From: Gekko japonicus
Taxonomy: Eukaryota
Reading direction: 5' to 3'
NCBI RefSeq assembly: GCF_001447785.1
Contig: NW_015175971.1
Span: 1,795,778-1,859,777, forward strand
DNA: 64,000 nucleotides
In this document: positions 35,987 through 49,198 of the stretch, in pieces
Layout: each line of letters begins with the position of its first letter
Numbering within the stretch: the first letter of the stretch is position 1
The notes under the pieces: model-generated
What the model saw: only the letters and a program-made list of their open reading frames with translations
What the model was told of the DNA's origin: nothing
Databases searched by the model: none
Translations under genes and position numbers: made by a program

Positions 35987-36372
35987 CAGGGCTCTTTTTG
36001 TAGAAAAAGCCCAGCAGGAACTCATTAGCATAATTGGCCACACCCAACATCAGGAACTCATTAGCGTATTGGGCCACACCCCTGACAGCACAGCTCATTA
36101 GCATATTAGGCCACACCCCCATGTTACCAGAAGTGTGGTTATCCAGCCACACCCACTTTTTGCTTGTTATTCTGTTTACCTTGTTTGTTGTCCAAACCCA
36201 GGGCCTTTTTTGTAGGAGGAACTCCTTTGCATGTTAGGCTACACACCCCTAATGTAGCCAATCCTAATGAGTTTCTGCTGTTGGGTGTGGCCTATTATGT
36301 TAATGAGTTCCTGCTGGGCGTAGCTAATTTGGGAGCCAGCCGGAACTCCGTTCCTGCCCAAAAATAGCCCTG
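35987..36372. mobile_element. hAT-like MITE(s) with CAGGGC-T-run termini and subterminal repeats
   Basis: Left ends CAGGGCTCTTTTTG (35987) and CAGGGCCTTTTTTG (36199); right end AAAAATAGCCCTG; repeated CTCATTAGCATATTAGGCCACACCC-like motif. Confidence 0.6.
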
Positions 36373-37757
36373 GCCATTACCTTCCTCTGCATAGCAACCC
36401 TAGTCTTCCTTGGTGGTCTCCCATCCAAGTACTGACCACTGTCAACCCCGTTCAGCAGCCCAGCTCTAGGCAAGACTGAGCTAGTCTGGGCTATTGGGCT
36501 GCTACAGAGGTGGGATTAAATGTTATATAGATTGCCAGCACCAGTTGTTGCAAGTAAAATAGTTCATGGGCTTCCTGGAGACATCTGGTTGGACGCTAGA
36601 GGAAATAAAATGATGGACTAGCAGCCCCCCCCCCCCGACCCAGCAGGATGCTTCTTATGTTCTTAAAAATGATTCAGATGTTGACAACCCTGATCCTCAT
36701 ATCCTCCCATCTGTCTTATTTAAGGTCAAGTGCACATGACATGAATATTAGTTGCAAAACAATACAGTCGTGGTGTGGGCTGGGGATGGATCGGAGCAGC
36801 AGAGCTGGGGAAGTGGAATTATATTCCTCAATTCCAATCCTCCCTCAATCCTGGAGCTCACTGGGGTCCATTTCCCCCATTTTTGGTTAACGTTTAATCC
36901 ATTAACCTATGAAAAACTCCCCCAGGAAATGAGGGCTGGTGTGGATTCCTAGCAGGAAAGGACATAGCCTTGTTTTGGGCTTGTTGCTAAGGCAACCTCT
37001 TCCGTATTTCTTACTTGTACCAGCCTTAGCTTTACTCTGAGGACTAATGGTTTGAACTTTCTGCCCTGTTGACCCATGAGGACTGGTTCCTTGGCTACAA
37101 TTATTTCTGTTTAGGCTTAGCATGCCATAAAAAATACTCCAGGAGACATATCCACTCAGCGCATAGATGGAAAAGATATAATAGCAGACAACAGCAGCTC
37201 CAAGCAGTCAAACCAAGTCTGTTTTAAATATCACTACAAGCAGGATTTGGCACAAAATACATATTGACTTCCACACACACATGTCTGCGGTCCACTGCAA
37301 AAGGAGACGATCCGCTTCACCCCTAGATTTGCTTTCTGATTGAAAAACCAAATTGAAGACTGTTAAAAGTTCTCCAGACTGCAAACCCCATAGACCACAG
37401 CAAACAAATCGTCAATGGGGCACTAGTCATTGCCAATCCAAAATTAATCGAGAGAATGTTGAATATTTGGAGGGATACTGTCAACCGTATCAGAATAGGG
37501 AAAATGAACAAATCCTCATTCAGTAGAATGTGTTGTTGTTGTTGTTTCTAATGTGGATTAGTTTCCAATTTTGCTATTTTGAGGAGATTTTATAATACTT
37601 CTTATTGTGTGGGAAATCAGAATAGTGCTTAACCAAAGACTAGTTGGTACAATTGTTTGCTGGTGAAATCAAACAACACTCATATCATATTGAACCTTGG
37701 CTTTTAGCCATAGATCCTCCTGAGTCCTTTACTGAAAAGCACAGCAACTGACTACTC

Positions 37758-39362
37758 AACAAGGTTGCACTTACCTATAACTGTTGTTCATCTAGTGTCT
37801 TCAGTGCAGGCACACATAGGATTGCGCACACGCATGGGACTGCGCACATGCAGGGCCAGCTGCGAAGACTATTTTAGCCAACTTCCAGTATTTCTAGATG
37901 TTTTGGAGCACTCCCCTTTCCCTCTGCCTGAGCCAAGAGTGGGGAATTTCCCTACCCAAACTGTCACATGTGGGGAGAGCACTCCTCCCTCAGTTCTCTC
38001 TTCACTGCCGTAGAACTATGGACCCTGGACTATAACCACAGCCCACAGTGGAGAAGGAGGGAGGGATGTGTGCCTGCACTGAAGACACTAGATGAACAAC
38101 AGTTACATGTAGGTGCAACCTTGTTTTCATCATTGTGTCTTGTCTTCAGGGCAGTCCCACTTGGGGGAGTAGCAAGCTACTGGCTCTGTGGGTGGAAAGG
38201 TGGCTGCCATGGTACTTGCTGTTGGCTTGGATCCCATTACCAGGTCAGAAGGAACATCTAGGGAAAGCAGCCCTATGGAGTTTGAGAGAAGCCTGGTGGG
38301 ATGGGTGGAGCACCATAGTAGGGCTGGTCAGGAAGAGCACCATGACCTCGTTGTTCAGAGGCTGAAGACACTGGGGCTGGGACTTCCACTACACTGGGAG
38401 TCTGCAAGGCCCAAAGAAGGAGAGGGTGTCCTTGGGAACTCCTGGCAGTCCCTGGCTTCAGTGGGCGAAGCTTGACATCGACTTGGACTATGACGCTGAG
38501 GAGATTGAGATTGACATGGAGGAGAAGGAAGAGCCAGGGTCGGAGAATGACCTTGAGGTGACCGACTGTGATGCCCAGCATCAAGGTGGAATTACTTTCT
38601 GGATCCCAGCTGATATAGATCCTCAAGGTCAAAAAGAGCCCGAGCTCCGGCGCAGAGGCGACATGGATGATCAATGATAAGGTGGTGAGGATGGCGATGA
38701 CAATTGGCATCAAGGTGAGGGTGCCTGATCTGGAGACTTTGAAGCTTGGTGTCGGGATGACTGAAATATTTCTGGGGACTTAGAGGCTGTGTGCCTCAAC
38801 TTTTTCTTGGCCTTTTTGGCTGGAGGCTCTGAGGCAGCCCTCTGAAGCATCAGAGCCTGCTCAGTGGGTTTGGGCTGCGTTGCGGGGACTGAGGCCACCA
38901 AAGGTGCAAGGGCCCACTTAGATGATTTCTCAATGGGTTTATCAGTTGCAGTAATGGATTTGTCCCATAAAAATGCCTTAAGCCTCAAAGCCCTGTCTTG
39001 TCTTGTCTCGCCTTAGGTGAAAGGAGACGGCATGCGGAGCAGTTGTTGTTGTTACGGCCCTCGCCCAAGCGCAAAAGGCAATTCTCATGTTCATCATTTG
39101 GGGCCATTTTAAGCTGCATTGACAGCATTTTTAAACAATGCCATTTTCCCTTCCTTCTGCTGGGCAAAAGGAGAACTGAGGGAGGAGCGCTCTTCCCACC
39201 TCCCTCATGTGACCGTTTGGGTGGGAAAATTCCCCAGTCTTGGCTGAGGTGGAGCGCTCCAAAATGTCTAGAAATGCTGGAAGCTTGCAAAAATAGTCTC
39301 CACAGCTGGCCCTGGGCTTGCACGGGCCCATGCGTGCCTGCACTGAAGACACGACGATGAAC
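37758..39362 (-). mobile_element. Internally deleted DIRS1-like (tyrosine-recombinase) retrotransposon
   Basis: ~200-bp inverted terminal repeats (37785-37998, 39170-39362); internal complementary region 38066-38160 reproducing the end-start junction; ORF1 remnant. Confidence 0.85.
38400..39144 (-). pseudogene. DIRS ORF1 (gag-like) N-terminal remnant
   Basis: Frameshifted MALFK-CCQCS-KMAPNDEHENCLLRLGEG...CSACRLLSPKARQD-RLKAFLW fits the Cys/His motif at the start of vertebrate DIRS1 ORF1, followed by a K/R/S-rich region. Confidence 0.75.
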
Positions 39363-41755
39363 CAAAAGCAAAACACAGCCTGCGGAATCGTACTGCTGCA
39401 AAACTGAAGTACCATATGGAAACATGCAGCGAGACAACACTGCGAAGCAGCTTGAGGGACAAAAGCAGCATAACCATCTAAGAAACTTGCATCCTCACTG
39501 CTTGCTGTTTGGAGCCCTGGGTTCAGCTTTGATTCATGAAGGTGGAATGAAGGAAAACTGAGGGTGCTGAGTCTATGCGGCAAGCTACATCATGAAAAGG
39601 AGTCACCCTGCTATATTTGGCCAGTTAAAAAAGATTAATGAGGAGGCCATGCTGAGATTATTTAATTAATTTATTTTTATCTGTCAGGAAAAGGAAGAAG
39701 AGCCATTGTTCACAGCCTCCCCTGAGAATATGCCAAGGTGCCATAAGTTCAAAATTAAAGACAGACCAATTTTTGGCATTAACCCCCCCCCCATTTCTTT
39801 GTTTCAGGACAAATCCAAGGCACCAAGACAATTAATTCCCCCAAACCAACGAGACTTTGAACTTCGCTTCCCCCATACCACATGGCAAACAGATTTTGGA
39901 ACCGGGGAGAAAGTGGAAAGGAGTTTGTGATAAGTCTTGAGAGGACGGGAGGATGTGCCGTTGAAGAAATGCAAAATTCCACTCAGTGTCAGAAAGCTCC
40001 CACACTCTTCTGGAAGACCCAGGACAATACTTATGCTGATGCACTCGAACAGCAAAACTCTTATCATATTCCAGCTTGTTTCTGAAATATCAGCTTCCCC
40101 TGGCTGGCCACCCCACATGACAAACTGATTTGGAAACTTAGGGGAGGATAGAAAACAGCTTATGAGCAGCCTGGGAAGATGAAGCTGTGGGCCTGCCCTT
40201 CTATTAAACCAAATCCAGAATTCCAGCCGTCATTAGGAAAGCTTATTTATTCATTTGGAAATCTTTATACCCTACAATCTTGGCCTTGCTCCTGACCGTG
40301 GCATCCGTAGCCACCTAGGCAATCCAAAATGGCTAATGATAAACATGGTCTAATGTTGCAGGCAGAGTCAAAAAGCAACCATGAACATCAGACCCCAAAG
40401 TATCAACAGTCAAACAACTTGTAAATGCAGTGAATAATGTCTATTTGAAGGGCATACAAAATACAGTTTCAATATGTCATAAAGAGAATCCTATTCTTTT
40501 TTTATGCAATGAATAATATCTGTTTGGAATGTATCCAATAACAATTATACAAAATACAGTTCCGATAAATCATAAGAAAATCCTATTCAGCGTTGTTTCT
40601 GGATTGTTTTCAACATTTCAAATGGAATCTTTCCTCAGGAAACATCCTATACAGAGCACTAACCTTCAAGCTCTTATGATTACTTCTGTTTTCAGCAAGA
40701 GTAATAACCAATCGGCTGGGCGCAGATGTCTACCATTTTTAAATGTCTAAAATGTTCTTTTACCCCCTCATAAAAAAAATAATCAAGATTACCTTGCAAA
40801 CCTGGGGTACGTCGATTTACATCAAGGTTTACATCAATATCTCCCTTGTCTGTCCTTGGCCTCATGGTGTGGAGTTTTTGATCTGTATTCTGGGTCCAGA
40901 TTTGGAATTAGATATATAGCTTGTTGTAAAAGGCTGGCAGCCTGGCCTAAACCCATTGAAGTGGGTTCCGACATCTATACATAGTTCTAGGTTGGCTGAG
41001 TCTCTGCTTCAGATCATGAGATTCTCAGGTGGGCCGTGTTCCCTCGTGGTACCATCCCAAGCAACTCTGATCAAACAACTGCTTGTTCTAAATTCATTCC
41101 AGAGCGAGTCCTCGACTGAGGCCTTTGCCATTCTGACCTGTCAGGATTCTCAATCTGGCAAAGCCCATTCCTTGCAGCAATTGCTTCACCCCTCACTCTG
41201 TGCATCTCAGCAAAAATTCCAGGACAATCTCCGGCAGCAAGCTGTCGATTTTCCAAGTGGATGCACTGCAATCATCCATTCCCATTAATTAGAATAATGC
41301 TAATTGTAATCATGAGGAGGATAACAGTTATATACTCTAGTGCATATTTACAGAGCGTGGGTGTATTTAACACAAAGGTTGCAGTGGGATTGTGGAGGGG
41401 AGAGAATGGGAGGAATACCTCCCCAATTTCTCATGACCAATTTCCAGTGGCAATCCAGTTAAATAAAGGAAATGGTAATTTGGCCCACATTAATGGCTAA
41501 GTGCTCCAAAAGAAGAGAGAGTAAGACAGTTCCTGCAGAGGCATTGAATGGAATACCCTAGGTTATTATTTATCTTTGGGACATTTATATGTTGCCCAAA
41601 TACCTATGCTCTGCAAAGCCCACACTTCTATGAGTCACATCTACTTCATTACAGTGAGTCTGGTCACATGTGAAGGGTCGGGGTTCTGCGACATGGTATA
41701 ATTCCGGTCCCAGATCATGTTGCTAGCAAATTGAGGGGCTCCAAGAACACAGATG

Positions 41756-42114
41756 GCTCTGTGTTGCGGTGGCTCAAGTGGTTAAGACGCTGAACTGCAG
41801 GCTGTGGAAGGTCGGTAGTTCAGCCGTTCGAGACCCGAGTGTGCCGCATGAAGGAGTGAGCTCCCGTCTCTAGTTCCAGCTCCTGCCAACCTAGCAGTTC
41901 GAAAGCAAGACATTGCAAGTAGATAAATAGGCACCACTTCAGTGGGAAGGTAACAGCGTTCCGCGCGCCTTGGTGTTTAGTCATGCTGGCCACATGACCA
42001 TGGAAATGTCTTCGGACAGTGCTGGCTCTTCGGCTTTGAAACGGCGATGAGCACCGCAACCCTAGAGTCGGATTCGACTCGCTTTCGAGCAAGGGAACCT
42101 TTACCTTTACCTTT
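41756..42114 (+). mobile_element. Sauria SINE, full length
   Basis: Closely similar to 35027-35377; 13-bp TSD AAGAACACAGATG. Confidence 0.92.
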
Positions 42115-43539
42115 AAGAACACAGATGCTGCTGGCAACCCTTTGTCCATATGCACACATCGAGGTTCTTGCTCACCAAAGGAACGTGAGAATGCCAAAGG
42201 AGTGCTAGACTCCAGGCAATAACATGGCATCATTCAGAGATCCACTCAACAGGACAGGTTAAGGTGGAACTTTGACTAACCAAGGTAGCATGCTGAGTTA
42301 GGTGAGGAGTGACCTGCTACCTGGTAATTCACCATCCAGATAACCTCATAGCAGGATCTGAAATTGACTGCAGTCCTAAGTGGAGTTTACATCCTTCTAA
42401 GCCAATTGACTTCAACGGACTTAGAAGGGTACGACTCCGGTTATCATTTCACTGTGAGGCTCAAATCTGCAAGCCCTGCGTTCTCTCCACAGTAGAATTT
42501 TGGCATGCCAGGCTGGCTCCCTGCTTCTGAACTCCTGGAAAGTTTTACTTTGAATGTTCCTACTCTGCCATCTTGCAATCCACACACAACAACACTCCCT
42601 CTCCCTTGTGACCTTCACGCCGTTCTCTCTTGCACCCTAAGCCTGCTTTAATTCAGGAGGCGACGCCTGCAGTATTGATGGTGTCTAAGATCAGGTATTC
42701 ACAGATGAAAAGTTAGTTTATTAATCCACCGGGAGAGTGTATGAAAAACAAATTCAGTTAAGCAACATATATTTTCTGATCTTCACCCCACCACCACCCG
42801 CCCCTTCCCAAACTGTAAACCCCAGACAGTGTTCTTTGCATTTCACTTTGATGTATTTCCAATGCCGGGTGATATTATACTCTTCCCAAAAGAGAAATTG
42901 CTTTCTTGTAAAAAAAGACACAACTAAAAAAAACACCCAGCATCACACATCTTCCAAAACAGAGAGAAATCTAATTAAATTTTCTGCCCATATATGCAGA
43001 ATCTCATCCCCTCACATGTTATGAATGTTCTTGGAAAGTTACTAAAACATGTGCTTAGATGTGTTGGAAAGAAATTTCCTTTAGAGAGGGCTTCAGATTC
43101 CGATGCTGAATCATTTTCATCTTTGGTTTCCGACAGCTTGTAACTGATACCCTTGCCTTGTTGCTGAATTCTCTGTTCTATTTCAGAATTACCACTAACC
43201 AGGCCAGAATAATAAAAAAGTGGCTTTCCCTGGTGGATTATTAAACCTTGCTCAGTTATTCTGAGCCAGTGTGCGGTAGGTGTTAGTGTTAAAGTAGGCC
43301 TGGGAGTCCCAGGTTCACAACCTCTCTCAGCCATGAAGGTGGCTGGGCACCCTTGGCTCAGTCACTCCTTTGGCCTAACGGACTTCACAGGAGTTAAGGA
43401 AGGTCCTTCTCTGCTTGAGAGTCAGATTCAGACTATCTCTGCCAGTCAGACTAGACTGCTCTGATTGAGAGGAACGAGAGATGCTGTGTCCCCAGCATCC
43501 CAAATCCTGCGACTCTTCGACTGGGTGCTGGTGATGTTT

Positions 43540-43826
43540 GAGAGCCAGTGTGGTGTGATGGTTAGGGGCGCGGACTCTAATCTGGGAGAACCGGGTTTGA
43601 TTTCCCCACTCCTCCACATGCAGCTGCTGGTGTGACCTTGGGTCAGTCACAAGTTCTCTCAGAGCTGTTCTCTCAGGGGCAGTTCTCCAGAGAGCTCTCT
43701 CAGCTCCACCTACCTCACAGGGTGTCTGTTGTGGAAAGAGGAAGGGAAAGGAGATTGTAAGATGCTCTGAGACTCCTCTGGGTAGTGAAGGGTGGGGTAT
43801 AAATCCAATCCCTCCTCCTCCTCCTT
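43540..43826 (+). mobile_element. Squam3-like SINE, full length
   Basis: GAGAGCCAGTGTGGTGTGATGGTTAG head; (CCT)n tail. Confidence 0.85.
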
Positions 43827-44109
43827 CATGTCATGAGTCCAGACCTGAAGATAGATTGGACTGGGGACTAAGGATGTTACGTTGTATAGCTGTACTAATG
43901 ATGGGATTTCCACATACCACTAGAAATTGTGTCACAGTCACAATCAGGGGGATTTGAAGAGAAGGCCTATTCACTGCACACCAAAAAATGTCTAATGACA
44001 TGGATATGAACTACGGCTAAATGTATCGCAAAGTTTATCTATCAGAGCTGAGCTGTGAGTGCCAGTTCCTTTCCTCCCATCTCAAATTTACTACAGGCAG
44101 GCAAACTTA

Positions 44110-44656
44110 GGTCGCGGTCACACGTGGGAGATAAAGCGGGAGGGGGGAGCGAGGCTATTTCCTCCGGAGGAATTTGACCCACAGTTGTACAATCACACAG
44201 TCCTTGGAAGCTGCAGCCACAGCCCGCCACTGCATGATCAGACGCAACTGTGGGTGAGTCAGGTTCTTCTTTTCCCCCCGTTTGTTTCCAATGGGCTTCA
44301 AGGAGGAATCGATGAATCGCATCTCCTCACTGAGGGCTCCCTATGGAGTTTGCGATGATGCGCATACCGAGAAGGAGGGGGGGACCGGCACGGAGTCGGG
44401 ATGGCCTGATCAGACCATCCCGATGCCATGAGAGCGCGCTGGAGTGATCAGACAGGGGAAAGTCCGTCCGTGGCCTGTCGCAACCCGTTTATTACCAGAT
44501 TTTCCCCAGTGTCTTTTTACTCCGCTTCTGCGGAGGAGCAAAACGGGTTACCAACAGGTGCAGGGCACTTCCCAGATGTTCGTGTCTGATCGCGCCCTTT
44601 AAATCTGCCCGGCATTCGCGCCTATGGCGGGGCTAATTGTGCGTGTGATCACGCCC
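44110..44656. mobile_element. PIF/Harbinger-like MITE
   Basis: TIRs GGTCGCGGTCACACG / CGTGTGATCACGCCC; canonical 3-bp TSD TTA. Confidence 0.85.
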
Positions 44657-45619
44657 TTAGAAGTCTGAGTTAGTGTTGGGGGGGGGGAATAGCTCAGTGT
44701 CAGAGCATCTGCTTGGCATACAGAAGGTCCCAGGTCCAGTCCTTGGCATCTCTTGATGTCAAAAGGAACAGGTAGTAAGGCTGCCTGGGCTGCCTGTCAG
44801 AGCAGACAATACTGACCCTCATAGACCAATGGTCTGACTCATTGAGGAAGTCATCAAGTATGTGGGCTAGCTGACAAAGCTGAGAGTTCAACTTCCTGCC
44901 CCGAGGCCTCCACCAAAACAAACCTCAAAATCAAGACTGACACCTGGCAACTCTAAGATGCAGCTTCATGTGCTCTATACATATATGCACCTGTGCGGCA
45001 TCCAGGAGGCCCATGGTTCAACCACTGGCATCTCCACACAAAAGATCTCGGACAGCAGGCCTTCAGAGAGACGTTTTCCGCCTAAGACCAGGAGAGCTGT
45101 TTGCCAGTAAGTGCAGATGTTGCTGCACTAGATGGACCGATTTTCTGATCCCAGATAATGCAACTATATTATTTTCATGTGTTCTATTTCATCTTTAATA
45201 TTCTACTCTTATTTTGATTCTCTGGGGCAAGACCACATAACCAGGGTGGCCATTGGCAGGGGATGGGGGCAAAGGGTTGTCAGATCCAGGTTGGGAGACT
45301 CCTGGAGATTTGGAGGTGGAGCCTGGGAAATATAGGTGACCTCAGTGAAGTACAATGCCATAGAGTCCACCCTCCAAAGCATCCATTTTCTCCAGGGGAA
45401 CTGATCTCTGCAGTCTGGAGATGAGCTCCCAGATTAGAGTCCGCGCACTTAACCACTACACCAAACTGGCTCTCACTACGCCAAACAGACGACTGCTTCT
45501 TAAATGGACAGTTCTATGTGGCCTGCTCCAGAGTGAACTCATCAAGCAGCCTGGTGATCCTAGCACCTGAGGGCAGAACCACCAATGTGGTCTAGAGAGA
45601 GGTGCTTCAGTACAGAAAA

Positions 45620-45768
45620 AAAAGGACGTATGTCCTTCATTTCTTACATTACGATCTTCTCCGTTAGAATTCCTACAACAAATCTCACATTTCAAATTTC
45701 ACATCATCAGTATTATAACTGGATTTACGGAACTTAAATACCATAGCGAAGCACGGGTAGCAGGCTAG
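45620..45768 (+). mobile_element. Helitron 3' terminal fragment
   Basis: Subterminal hairpin TACCATAGCGAAGCACGGGTA followed by CTAG|T; 5' boundary uncertain. Confidence 0.6.
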
Positions 45769-46383
45769 TGTGTATATATAAAGATAGATATATATCTTTA
45801 AAGAGCAAAAAACCTGCTTGTCTTCACCATCATGGGGAGAAGGATTCTAGTATGTATACATTTCTAACCTCCCAGCAAAGCAAGCCATGGAATGGAGAAG
45901 CTATACGAGAGTAATGAGAAACGGTTGAATTGTCCCTGGCTTTTGTAAATGGCGCTGATTTGAGCCACAGAAAGAGGTAATAACTGAGGGAACCTGGGAT
46001 CATTTTGGCTTCATTGCTTTGCGCAAGGAAATATTTTCAGCCTCATTTAGAATGTCAGACTTTATAAAGGGGATCCCTATCTTAAGAGGGCAAGTGCTTA
46101 TGCAGGTAAGCCCTGCGGCGGGGGATGCCATTTTCTCACCCTCTCCAGGGGTCATTATTTACGGGGAGAGTCCCAGTTTCCCAGGTATCATTTATACCTC
46201 AGCTTCCTGTCGCTAAACCACCCAAACGGTTTTCTGGCCACTGAAACATGTGCAATTTATTTTATTTTATTTTTAAAAGCACACAATAAAAATACAAAAC
46301 AAACACAAGCACAGTCAAGTGTGCAACAATAACATTTGATTCTAATACCACATCATCTTGTCAGAAGAGTTATTAAGCCACTA

Positions 46384-46819
46384 TAGGGTTGCCAAACCCC
46401 CCGTTTGCCAGGGGTCCCCCGTTTGGGGGGGTTCTACCCGCCCCCAACACCCACAGCCACCCCTCTCCCTTCTCTCTTGAGAGGGAGGAGTGGCTGCCTT
46501 TAAGTTCATGGAACCCGCGTTTCCTCCCAAGCCCGATCTCCACTTGAGATCAGGCTTGCAGGGAAATGCCAGATCCATGCACTTAAAAGAGAAACGCTGG
46601 CTCTTTGCTCTTAAAAGGGGAAACACCGGCTCCGTGTACTTAAAAGGGAAACACCGGCTCCTTTAAGCGCAGGAAACTGGCGTTTCTAGAGATCGGGCGG
46701 GCGGGCGGGCGGCGGCGGACATCCCCAACGTGCCTTCATCACATTGGGGATGCCCCGCCCTCTCCAGGAACACCCTCAAAGTCCCCCGCTGGGGGCGGAA
46801 GATGGACTTGGCAACCCTA
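46384..46819. mobile_element. CpG-rich hAT MITE (TAGGGTTGCCA TIR, distinct body)
   Basis: Perfect TIRs; 8-bp TSD AGCCACTA; three internal TTAAAAG-GAAAC-GGCTC repeats. Confidence 0.88.
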
Positions 46820-47141
46820 AGCCACTACGAGTCATAAAACCCAGAAAGAGCAGCAAGAAGATCTTAAAATGGAATCCATACCAACCACAGGTACAAAAAA
46901 GAATGGCAGAGAAATAAAACAAAATACGCAGCAAAATCGGCACAGTCAATAACTCACCACCAAGGCCTCCTCTCAAAACAAGGCAGTTTTCATGTTTCAT
47001 TAGGTCAGGAAGGGAGGAATCAGGCAGACTTCTAGCAGCAACGAATTCCATAATGTGGGAGCCAACCCCAAAAAGGCCTGTCTGTAGAGCACATGCTTAT
47101 AAATGCATGCATACGAACACAACAGTGCCATGTTGCACACA

Positions 47142-47351
47142 TAAGGTTGCCAGCTCTGAGTTGGGAAGTACCTGGAGGTTTTTGGGGTGGATGCCTGGAG
47201 AGAGTGAGGTTTGGAGAGGGGAGGGGAGGGACCTCAGGAGGATGTAATACCACAGAGTCCACCCTCCAAAGCAGCCATTTTCTCCAAGGGAACTGATCCT
47301 TGTCATCTGGAAATCAATTGTAGTAGTGCCATCTCGAGGGTGGCAACCATA
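47142..47351. mobile_element. hAT MITE, TAGGGTTGCCA family
   Basis: TSD TGCACACA/CGCACACA. Confidence 0.82.
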
Positions 47352-47430
47352 CGCACACAGATGTACAAGTTGCAAAGATACCCCATGTCAGATTCTGTCT
47401 TCTGCATTTCTGCACTGAGCTTTGGGTAGA

Positions 47431-48226
47431 TGTCAGATTTTTTTGTTTGTGTGGGGGGGTTCTGCCTTACCCTGGGCCGTCTCTGCCCTGCCTCACATCT
47501 CTGCCCAAGCTGTGTGGGAGAGGTCTGGCTTTTCCTCCCTGGCCCTCCCTGAGCTGGCCTATAAAAGGACAGCCTGAGGGCAGAGCAACTCTGGGCTCCT
47601 GTGTCCACTTGTGCTGGGGTCAAACTTTGGGGCATGACAGGAGCCACAACTATGGGCTCACTTGCTTGTCCCTCCCCTGGGATGTCAAAGGGCCTGTGAC
47701 CAGCATGGTCCTAAGGAGGCCAGGTGGCCACCATTAGCCTTGTCTGGGGGCCGTTCAATCAGTGTGGCTTGCCTGCTAGGCCCCTTCCTCTTCATGAAGG
47801 ACTGCCTGGTTCCAAGACTGGGCCCGCCATGTCTTCTCTCGTAGGGTTGCCAACCTCCAGGTGTTGACTGGAGATCCCCTACTAAACTGACCTCCAGGTG
47901 ACAGAGATCAGTCCATCTGGAGAAAATAGCTGCTTTGGAAGTGGGGCACTATGGGATTATGCCCCAAACCCCACCCTCCTCAGCCTCCACCCCACCCACC
48001 CCCAAATCTCCAGGTATTTCCCAAACCAGAGCTGGCAACCCTACTTCTCTGGCAACATTTTCAGCTCTGCTTCCCTGCCGGCTGGCTGGGGCCCGGCTTC
48101 TGGCGGCCCCTTGCTCCTGGCACTCCCCATCCCCTGCCCCAGAGGTTCCTCTGGAGCCAGTAAGTGTAGGGGCAGGGGGGCGGGCTGGCCCTGGGCTCCT
48201 CAGGCGAAGGGCAGCAGAAGGTGACA
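47431..48226 (+). mobile_element. Possible solo LTR interrupted by a hAT MITE (47842-48043)
   Basis: TGTCA...TGACA termini; TATAAAA near 47559; TSD only approximate (GTAGA/GGTGA). Confidence 0.4.
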
Positions 48227-48649
48227 GGTGATAGGACGTCCATGCACCTCCACTTGTGGAGAAAGACTGTGGAACAACAGAGAAAGGGGCTGGATTTGGG
48301 CCAGGTCGCCACATCCCGTGCAAGGGAATGCAGCTACTAACAATTACGTTAAAGCCCATTAAACTTTGCCTTAGGCTGGCTGTTCAGGTGGCATGCTGTG
48401 AGGGTTTTTTCTGTTTAGGTTTCTGAAATGTTTTATCGCCATCTTTTTGTTGCTTATTGTTTTTGAAGTACTGTATCATATCTGGTACTAGATTCATAGC
48501 AGTGAATGGGATATATAAATGTTAAAATAAATACACTTTTTAAAAAAATACTGTTTCTTCTCCACCATGACACATTCAATGTGAAGTCACCTCTCTGTAT
48601 CATGCCCCCCTCCCCACCTCTTTCAGCACCTGTCAGGGTTGTGGGTAGG

Positions 48650-48969
48650 TGTTATGTATTCAGTTATTATGTGAAGTCGGGAACTGGGCTTACAGCTCCA
48701 TAGAAGCCCTAGTATCCTGGGATGCGAGACCGGATTGGACAATGCTGCAAATAGGCCAATCCAAAGAGACATTGACTTTCGGCGGGAACCAAATCCATTG
48801 GTCCTAAGCAATGCATTTTCATTGGTTATTATCTGTTCTAGAGGTGTGGCTTTGTCAGTTCAAATAGTATAAAAGTTAGAAGGTTTTGTTGAATGTTGTC
48901 CTGTGTTAAGCTATGAGCTGAATAAAGAAATCACTTGTTTAAGAGCTGCCTCGATCTCAGTTCATAATA
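48650..48969 (+). mobile_element. Solo LTR (320 bp)
   Basis: TGTTATG...CATAATA termini; 5-bp TSD GTAGG; multiple CCAAT/ATTGG, TATAAAA, AATAAA; same layout as 2932-3219. Confidence 0.85.
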
Positions 48970-48970
48970 G

Positions 48971-49198
48971 TAGGGTTGTCAACCCCCAGGTGGCACCTGG
49001 AGATCTCCTGCTATTACAGCTGATCTCCAGACGATCAAGATCAAGAGAAAATGGCTGCTTTGGAGGGTGGACTTTATGGCATTATGCACAGCTGAGGCCC
49101 CTCCCCTCCCCAAACCCCTCCCCAAACCCCTCCCTCCCCAGTCTCCCCCCCACCCCCCAAATCTCCAGATATTTCCCAGCTCAGAGCTGGAAATCTTA
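48971..49198. mobile_element. hAT MITE whose left end was hit by the solo LTR
   Basis: 8-bp TSD GTTGTGGG at 48638-48645 and 49199-49206 brackets both the LTR and the MITE. Confidence 0.82.

Noticed and set aside
40424-40645. Local imperfect duplication with a possible Penelope/hammerhead-like CTGAGGA...GAAA motif on the minus strand
   Set aside because: Hammerhead stems could not be built convincingly; too degenerate to call.
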